Positions 8,375 to 14,202 of a DNA stretch of 14,202 nt are shown piece after piece; the first letter of the stretch is position 1; each line of letters begins with the position of its first letter. Source of the DNA: Promethearchaeota archaeon (lineage in GTDB: Archaea; Asgardarchaeota; Lokiarchaeia; Sigyniarchaeales; SOKP01); the NCBI GenBank assembly GCA_048938025.1, contig JBHLMP010000056.1, forward strand, positions 5,731 through 19,932. The letters run 5' to 3'. The notes below the pieces were generated by a model, which did not search any database, was not told where the DNA came from, and saw only the letters and a program-made list of their open reading frames with translations. Made by a program: the position numbers and the translations under genes.

Positions 8375-9025
8375 ATGGTTGAAAATAAAGATATTTATAA
8401 TAATTTAAATAAAAAAATTGAAGATATACAAAATAAAGTTCTTTTAGGTGAAATAAATTTATTAGATTTGGAGCTGGTTCCAATCTTCGATAATATAAAA
8501 AATTTCCTTACAATTTACAATATTTATGATGGTTCTGAAACATATTCTGAAGCTTGTAAACTACTTAATCAAAAATTTCAAGAATTGCAAATTTTGATTA
8601 GTTCATTGGATAGTGAAAATAAAATTTTCGAATATTTGGAATCAAATCCTAAAGACACAGAAATTTATCAATTACTTGAAAGATGTTGGAGAAATCTCTT
8701 TAATATTGATAATCTTTCCTTAAATTTTCTTGAATTCTCCAAAGATAAACTGCTTAATAGAAAAGGGACAGTCTTCTCTCTTGAACCTTTAGAAAAAGAA
8801 AAAGTTAATGAAGAATTTTATCTGGAATTACCTAAAGAAAAATTTACTGAAAAGATGATAAGTTTCTTCAATAGTATTAAAAGGAAACTCCCTTGTGCTT
8901 ATGATGAAATATTTGAAGATGAACAAGATCAAATTAAAATTTATGAAAATTTTGTATATTTACTCCATCTTCTTCAATTAGGCAAAATCAAATACCAAAA
9001 AGATACAAACTTTTTATATTTATAA
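8375..9025 (+). CDS. Kleisin subunit (ScpA/Nse4-like)
   Basis: 6 bp after smc. N-terminal GEINLLDLELVPIFD and ACKLLNQK resemble the ScpA N-domain. C-terminal IYENFVYLLHLLQLGKIKYQ resembles the kleisin winged helix. Confidence 0.78.
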   Translation: MVENKDIYNNLNKKIEDIQNKVLLGEINLLDLELVPIFDNIKNFLTIYNIYDGSETYSEACKLLNQKFQELQILISSLDSENKIFEYLESNPKDTEIYQLLERCWRNLFNIDNLSLNFLEFSKDKLLNRKGTVFSLEPLEKEKVNEEFYLELPKEKFTEKMISFFNSIKRKLPCAYDEIFEDEQDQIKIYENFVYLLHLLQLGKIKYQKDTNFLYL

Positions 9026-9027
9026 TA

Positions 9028-9034
9028 AGGTGAT
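9028..9034 (+). promoter_or_regulatory. Shine-Dalgarno AGGTGAT for the KITE gene
   Basis: Archaeal-type SD 8 nt before TTG 9043, supporting that start. Confidence 0.6.
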
Positions 9035-9042
9035 AAAAAAAA

Positions 9043-9558
9043 TTGAATGAAATTACACTATTAATGTATTTATTAACTAGAAAATCTAGTAGATCTCAAA
9101 TAGGGGCGACTAAAAAAGAAATTCTTGAAAATCTTAATTTGAAAAATAAAAATAAATCAATTTATTTTCAAGATTTAATTACCAATTTATCGAATTATAT
9201 AGAACCGTTAGGACTTCAAGTTAGATATAATCCCTTAAATTCTCACTGGTTTATTTCCTTTGATACAAACACTTCAGATATTATTTCTGCAAATCCTTTT
9301 GAAGGGAAATCAAGGTTAGCTGCGAGTTTATTCTATACCCTTATTAATTGTCTCAAAAATTCTGGAGTTGGAAAAATAGAACAAATTAAAAAAATGAGAA
9401 ATAAAAAAGGGATACTGGATGATTTGAAGGAATTAGAAAAACGAGGATACATCATTATCCAAAAAGATATTGGAGAGTTACGTTTAACACCTTTAATAGC
9501 TTATCAATTGGATATAAATAAACTCTTCTTAAAATTAGCTTTAAAATTAAAAAATTAG
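9043..9558 (+). CDS. KITE subunit (tandem winged helix; Nse1/Nse3-MAGE/ScpB-like)
   Basis: 171 aa, directly after the kleisin. First WH: LLMYLL..TKKEIL..NLSNYIEPLGLQVRY..HWFI. Second WH: LKELEKRGYII..LRLTP. Confidence 0.68.
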   Translation: MNEITLLMYLLTRKSSRSQIGATKKEILENLNLKNKNKSIYFQDLITNLSNYIEPLGLQVRYNPLNSHWFISFDTNTSDIISANPFEGKSRLAASLFYTLINCLKNSGVGKIEQIKKMRNKKGILDDLKELEKRGYIIIQKDIGELRLTPLIAYQLDINKLFLKLALKLKN

Positions 9559-9571
9559 AATAGTAAAAAAC

Positions 9572-10207
9572 TCAATGTTTTGCTGTAATTTCTAAAATCA
9601 TTTCTGCTACACGATTATTATACTTTTCTACTTCATCAAAATTCTCAATAGTTTCTCCACAAGTTATAAAGAGTTCAGTAATTCCGATTTTCCGATTATT
9701 GAAAAAATCATGTATCTTCTTCTTAATATCTTCGAGTTTTTTCTCTCTGACGCCTTCAAGTAAGTCAATTTTATTAATACATACATAAATTTTATCGGGG
9801 AAAAATCTTACATCATTGAAGAACTCGAATTGAGGTTCTAAATCTCTATCACACGAAAAGATGGCTATAATCTGACTTGCGATGCGAGAAATTGTTATAA
9901 TACCCATCTTCACGACTGCACGTGCTCTGTCTCCTCCTGGAGCGAAGATAGTATGAGCTTTTCCTGTTTCATCATCTTTAAAGACTACACGATTGGGATG
10001 GATTGTCTTGGTAGCCTTTTCATCCAAATTATCTTCTTTTTCTCCACTAGGTACGGTTGCCTCGCCAGAGAAATCGACTTTTACTGTGCTACATTTTACT
10101 CCGCCTGCAACTTTTTCAATATCTCCTTTATTGAGATACCTCACAAAAAGCCGGAGTATACTAGTTTTGCCAACACTTACGTCGCCTAATAATCCTATAT
10201 TTACCAT
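9572..10207 (-). CDS. Small P-loop GTPase (Ras-superfamily/MglA-like) with atypical G3
   Basis: G1 GDVSVGKTS, putative G2 TKTI, G3 position FAPGGD, G4 INKID, G5 position TCG. No C-terminal CaaX motif. Confidence 0.85.
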   Translation of the reverse strand: MVNIGLLGDVSVGKTSILRLFVRYLNKGDIEKVAGGVKCSTVKVDFSGEATVPSGEKEDNLDEKATKTIHPNRVVFKDDETGKAHTIFAPGGDRARAVVKMGIITISRIASQIIAIFSCDRDLEPQFEFFNDVRFFPDKIYVCINKIDLLEGVREKKLEDIKKKIHDFFNNRKIGITELFITCGETIENFDEVEKYNNRVAEMILEITAKH

Positions 10208-11022
10208 TATGACTCTCCCTCCAATAGCTTGTTTAATAACAATTCATAATCCGGTATTAAAAATTGCTCAAGATATGCATTGTTATGAGCATGAATAAGT
10301 GCTATTAGCACTTCTTTTATTGTTTTTGCATTTTTTATATATTTTATCAAGTTTTCAGGTGTTGGTTCAGTAGTAAAATCCTTTACTTCTTCTTCAAAGC
10401 CGAATTTAGAGAGCTGGGGTAATGAGTTGAAAAATCCAAAAGCAGAATAGCCTTGATATTGGAAAAATACAAAAAATCTTGTCTTAATATTTGTTATGAC
10501 TTTAGTCAAGTAAGCTGAGGGATATATTTCTCCTAAGATTATTTCCTCATCTTGTTTAATCACAAAATATGGAGATATTGGAGAAGCTTGAGAACCATAC
10601 ATTTCTCTTGGTGGTAATGAAATAAATGGCAACTTTTCTGCTACTATTGTCCATAGATCTTCCCGTTTTTTCTCTAGCAATATATCTTTTATCTCATCAT
10701 ATGCAAAATAGAAATCTGATTGAAGTGCTAAGAGGGAGCTTAAATACACAGATATAGATGCAAAAGTAGCTTCTAAGACAGGCCTTCTACCACCATTCGA
10801 TTCAGAAGGTTTTACAGCACCTTTCCAAGCTCTTAAACCTGAATAAGCAAAAGATTTCACATCAAAAAAAGCCCCTGAAAGGAATAAGAAGGACGGAGCA
10901 TCTCCTTGTTCACCAGTTAATAATTCTAAGGCTTTATTAAGTAAAACATCCTCCAGTTTTGTATCATGAAATTTTGAATGAACTATTGGCATTTGTAACC
11001 ATGATTTTTGCTTTTTTGCCAT
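10207..11022 (-). CDS. Hypothetical soluble protein, translationally coupled to the GTPase
   Basis: 271-aa ORF with ATG start and an SD-like AGTGA upstream. Its stop overlaps the GTPase start (TAATG, 10209-10205). No family recognised. Confidence 0.8.
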   Translation of the reverse strand: MAKKQKSWLQMPIVHSKFHDTKLEDVLLNKALELLTGEQGDAPSFLFLSGAFFDVKSFAYSGLRAWKGAVKPSESNGGRRPVLEATFASISVYLSSLLALQSDFYFAYDEIKDILLEKKREDLWTIVAEKLPFISLPPREMYGSQASPISPYFVIKQDEEIILGEIYPSAYLTKVITNIKTRFFVFFQYQGYSAFGFFNSLPQLSKFGFEEEVKDFTTEPTPENLIKYIKNAKTIKEVLIALIHAHNNAYLEQFLIPDYELLLNKLLEGES

Positions 11023-11040
11023 AATTCTTTCACTTTAATA

Positions 11041-11058
11041 TTAGTTTAGTTAAACTAA
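11041..11058. promoter_or_regulatory. Perfect 8-2-8 inverted repeat upstream of the hypothetical/GTPase operon
   Basis: TTAGTTTA-GT-TAAACTAA, 19-36 nt upstream of ATG 11022. Confidence 0.45.
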
Positions 11059-11228
11059 ATAAAAATTACTGAATAATTAATTTTTCGTATTTTAATTAAA
11101 CTATATATTATCTTTATATAATATTTTCTAATAGATTAGAATTAGTTAAAATTCTATATAATTAATTTTATAAATTGATATTTAAAATACCTTAGTTTAA
11201 AAATACCTCTTGATTAATTAAAAAGATG

Positions 11229-11237
11229 AAAAAAAAA
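11229..11237 (-). terminator. Putative oligo-T terminator (T9)
   Basis: T9 run on the minus strand, 10 nt after the stop at 11247. Confidence 0.45.
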
Positions 11238-11246
11238 TAACTTGTA

Positions 11247-12005
11247 TTATTCTATTTCTTTTTTAATTTGATTTTTTATTATTATCAAGGAAATTCCAAC
11301 TAAGACACCAACAACTATGAATAAGTTGTAGCTAGGGATCTCATCATCAGATGCAAATGGATCGTATTTATTAGGAGCAAAATCCGCATAGACAATAATT
11401 TCATCTTGAAGCATTAATGAATTATAACAAGTTGACTGCGGGATAAATGTGAGATCCTCTGTTATATTAAGTGCATCTGTAGACACATTTGCTATAATTG
11501 ATTTACCAGAAGCCGAACCAACATCCACAGCCAAATTTATATCGCTAGTCCATCCTGAACCATCCCAATATTCCTCATCAAACTCTGTCACATAAGTAAG
11601 TATCATTCTATAGTCTAATAAATAGATAGTTTCATTATGATAAATAATTTCATAAAATGGATATGACTGTATATCAAATCCTTGAAAATCTGGATGTAAT
11701 AAAATTATGGCCCAAGTTTCAACGCTAAGATCAAGGCTATCACTACTCTGCCAGTCAGCTATATTTCCAGCAAAAGTTAAATTCATGGTTTGTTCATTAA
11801 TTTCAAATTTAACTATATCAATTTCATCATGAAAGTCTCCTTTACTTATCTCTTGACCAGATTCTGTGTAATGTATACAATAAACATCATTCTCAGGATC
11901 AGTTAAAATGACATTAAGTCCTACCACAGGTGTAAAAGTCTGAAGTGTAAGCGAAAGTAAAACGATACTTAAAACAGCAAAGATATAATAAACTCTTTTC
12001 GACAT
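11247..12005 (-). CDS. Secreted, C-terminally anchored surface protein (paralog A) with a Loki-CTERM-like tail
   Basis: Signal peptide MSKRVYYIFAVLSIVLLSL; acidic, beta-rich body (DPENDV..GDFHDEIDI..DFAPN); tail IPSY + TM helix + KNQIKK. Confidence 0.85.
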   Translation of the reverse strand: MSKRVYYIFAVLSIVLLSLTLQTFTPVVGLNVILTDPENDVYCIHYTESGQEISKGDFHDEIDIVKFEINEQTMNLTFAGNIADWQSSDSLDLSVETWAIILLHPDFQGFDIQSYPFYEIIYHNETIYLLDYRMILTYVTEFDEEYWDGSGWTSDINLAVDVGSASGKSIIANVSTDALNITEDLTFIPQSTCYNSLMLQDEIIVYADFAPNKYDPFASDDEIPSYNLFIVVGVLVGISLIIIKNQIKKEIE

Positions 12006-12064
12006 TTTAATTCATTTCTTAATATATTTTTATTTACTGGATTTATAGAACAATATTATAAAAT

Positions 12065-12096
12065 ATAAATAAAGTTTCTCCTATGTTGTATTTAAA
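12065..12096 (-). promoter_or_regulatory. Putative promoter of paralog A (TATA-like TTTAAATA)
   Basis: 29/32 identical to 13001-13032 upstream of paralog B. Contains TTTAAATA on the minus strand. Confidence 0.6.
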
Positions 12097-12167
12097 AGTT
12101 ATTGGTCCATCATCTCAAATTTTATAAGCTTCGAGCAATAGGAGCTATTCATTGAGCAGAAATTAAT

Positions 12168-12176
12168 AAAAAAAAA
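12168..12176 (-). terminator. Putative oligo-T terminator (T9) after paralog B
   Basis: TCCC-T9 on the minus strand, about 20 nt after the stop at 12198. Confidence 0.45.
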
Positions 12177-12197
12177 GGGAATTTAGGTTAATGTATT

Positions 12198-12965
12198 TTA
12201 TTTACTCTTGAATTGCTTTTTTATTATAATTAGAGAAATACCTAATAAGATACTTACAATGATGAATAGGTTATAGCTTGGGATTCCACCACCATCAGAT
12301 GCAAAAGGATCATATTTATTGGGGGCAATGTCTATATATTCAAATAATTCATCTGTAAAAAAGAGAAATTCGGAATAAACTGACATTGCTATAATATCGA
12401 TATCATCTGGTATAATATAAGCATTTGTAGGCACATCTGCTATAATTGATTTACCAGAAGCGGAACCAATATCTGAAGCTAATGCAGTACTTGAAACCCA
12501 TCCTGTAGTTGCATTCCAATATAGCTGGTTGTATTCACCTATAACATAAGTAAAAAACACATGATAGCCTAAATACTCGTCGTACTGCCCTGTAACACTA
12601 TGATTCTCGTATAAAATACTATAATAAGGATATGTCGGTTCTTGATTGAATCCTTGAAAATCTGGATGTAATATAATTAGAGCTGCCATATAAGGTCCTG
12701 TACCCACCACCCAATCAGCCATATTACCAGCAAAAGTCAAATTAAAAAATTGTTCACTTATATTTAATTTGACAATATCAATTTCATCATGAAAATCTCC
12801 TTTTGTCTGATCATAATCATCACCAATTATATGTATATAATGAACATCATTCTCAGGGTCATCTACAGACATATAAATGCCTACTACAGGCGTAAAAGTC
12901 TGAAATGTAAGCGAGAGTAAAACGATACTTAAAACAGCAAACAAGTAATAACTTTTTTTAGACAT
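12198..12965 (-). CDS. Secreted, C-terminally anchored surface protein (paralog B) with a Loki-CTERM-like tail
   Basis: Collinear with 11247-12005 (first 29 aa 25/29 identical). Tail GGGIPSY + TM helix + KKQFKSK. Confidence 0.85.
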   Translation of the reverse strand: MSKKSYYLFAVLSIVLLSLTFQTFTPVVGIYMSVDDPENDVHYIHIIGDDYDQTKGDFHDEIDIVKLNISEQFFNLTFAGNMADWVVGTGPYMAALIILHPDFQGFNQEPTYPYYSILYENHSVTGQYDEYLGYHVFFTYVIGEYNQLYWNATTGWVSSTALASDIGSASGKSIIADVPTNAYIIPDDIDIIAMSVYSEFLFFTDELFEYIDIAPNKYDPFASDGGGIPSYNLFIIVSILLGISLIIIKKQFKSK

Positions 12966-13000
12966 TTTTATTCATTTTTTAATATGCTTTTTTTTAAAAG

Positions 13001-13032
13001 ATAATTAAAGTTACTCCAATGTTGTATTTAAA
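13001..13032 (-). promoter_or_regulatory. Putative promoter of paralog B (TATA-like TTTAAATA)
   Basis: Duplicate of 12065-12096. Confidence 0.6.
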
Positions 13033-13122
13033 GCTTGTTCAAGGAATTGTTTTTATTTAAAGTATTTTCATTAATAGAAATAAAAATTTAAAGAAATAAA
13101 TTAAAATAAAAAGTAGTTGGAT

Positions 13123-14127
13123 TTAACTATAAAGTCTAAATTTCTTTTTAATCAAAAATCCTGAAATAACACAAATCGCACCAATTATAATGTATATATT
13201 ATAACTAAGAATCTCTGTCTTCCCATCTTCTTTAGCTTTACAAATATTATCATAAATATTATTTCCAGTGCAACCAGATTCCACAATACAATCCATACTA
13301 TTGCCGATAAATGTATTTCCAGAAATTATGTTGTTATCACTATACGTTAAGTATATTCCAAAAGCATTATCGTTTGCCGTATTATCTGAGATATTGTTAG
13401 AATCAGCATTATTTAAAAGAATACCATACACCTCGTTATTATTAAACTCGTTTCCCAAAATGTTGTTATTTACACCCCACTCAAGAAACATGCCCGCACC
13501 ACCAAATATCCCATCTAAGGGATCATCATACTGATTATGGGCATAGTTTCCGGTTATGTTATTGTTATCACAATCAGTAAGAAAAATGCCTACCCGATTG
13601 TTGTCAAGAGTGTTTCCTATAATCTCATTATTATCACTGTCTCCTAGATGTATTCCGGAATGAAGGTTATCCGAACAAAAGTTTTCAATTAACTTTCCAT
13701 TCCTTACATTAAATAAATGAATTCCTCCATTATGATGCCAGTAAATGGATCCATTTCCTGTATTGGAGAGGCTACAATTTTTGATTATAAAATGATCAAT
13801 AGAATTTTCTATATAAATAGCATTTTTACCACCAGCATCTATTGTAACGTTTTCGATAATATATGGATCTCCTGGCGATCCATCTCCCCCTTGAACCCAA
13901 GGAAGATCATTTGCTGATTGTGACCAGTTATTGTCAATATGTATGTAGGGAGGATTCCAGTATCCCGCGCTTTTTAGATAGTTGTTATCTTTCTCCGCGT
14001 CAAGTTGCAAATCTTCGTTATTTTTATTTAAGATAATGTTAATTTCCATAAACACCGGCGTCAAGAACAATAATCCAAATAAAATAAAATAGTAAATGAT
14101 GCGAATCTTTCTTAAGTTAACTCTCAT
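13123..14127 (-). CDS. NosD/CASH-like right-handed parallel beta-helix surface protein
   Basis: N-terminal TM/signal; GDGSPGDPYIIENVTI cap; repeated GIxLxxSxNNxIxxNxxxNN units; C-terminal ILSY + TM helix + KKKFR. Confidence 0.85.
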   Translation of the reverse strand: MRVNLRKIRIIYYFILFGLLFLTPVFMEINIILNKNNEDLQLDAEKDNNYLKSAGYWNPPYIHIDNNWSQSANDLPWVQGGDGSPGDPYIIENVTIDAGGKNAIYIENSIDHFIIKNCSLSNTGNGSIYWHHNGGIHLFNVRNGKLIENFCSDNLHSGIHLGDSDNNEIIGNTLDNNRVGIFLTDCDNNNITGNYAHNQYDDPLDGIFGGAGMFLEWGVNNNILGNEFNNNEVYGILLNNADSNNISDNTANDNAFGIYLTYSDNNIISGNTFIGNSMDCIVESGCTGNNIYDNICKAKEDGKTEILSYNIYIIIGAICVISGFLIKKKFRLYS

Positions 14128-14202
14128 CTCAAATCACTTTCTAACTTCTTTATGTATTTATTTATTGGATAAATGAATATTTAATATAAAATTGAGTTTA
14201 GA

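Noticed and set aside
3598-9558. Wadjet/MksBEFG or Rad50-Mre11 system
   Set aside because: No Toprim JetD or Mre11 nuclease, gene order differs from jetABCD, and the SMC has a globular hinge rather than a CxxC zinc hook.
11247-12965. Diversity-generating retroelement TR/VR pair
   Set aside because: Both copies are full genes, differences include indels and are not adenine-restricted, and no reverse transcriptase is in the window.

Overview
AT-rich archaeal window, most likely from an Asgard archaeon (Lokiarchaeia/Promethearchaeota). The taxonomy is inferred from three Loki-CTERM-like C-terminal anchors, an Smc5/6-like operon and a small GTPase. There are four modules. (1) An arsenic-type locus: divergent arsR plus acr3, apparently co-transcribed with a fusion of a class I SAM methyltransferase to a complete HgcA-like corrinoid/membrane protein with a variant cap helix (NVWCAARG). 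No hgcB is visible in the window. (2) A four-gene + strand operon: a catalytically degenerate AAA+-like protein, an SMC with Smc5/6-type signatures, a kleisin, and a tandem winged-helix KITE. (3) A translationally coupled pair of an unknown protein and an atypical MglA/Ras-like GTPase. (4) Three C-terminally anchored surface proteins: two diverged tandem paralogs sharing a duplicated promoter, and a NosD-like beta-helix protein. All family assignments come from motif recognition by eye; no searches were run.
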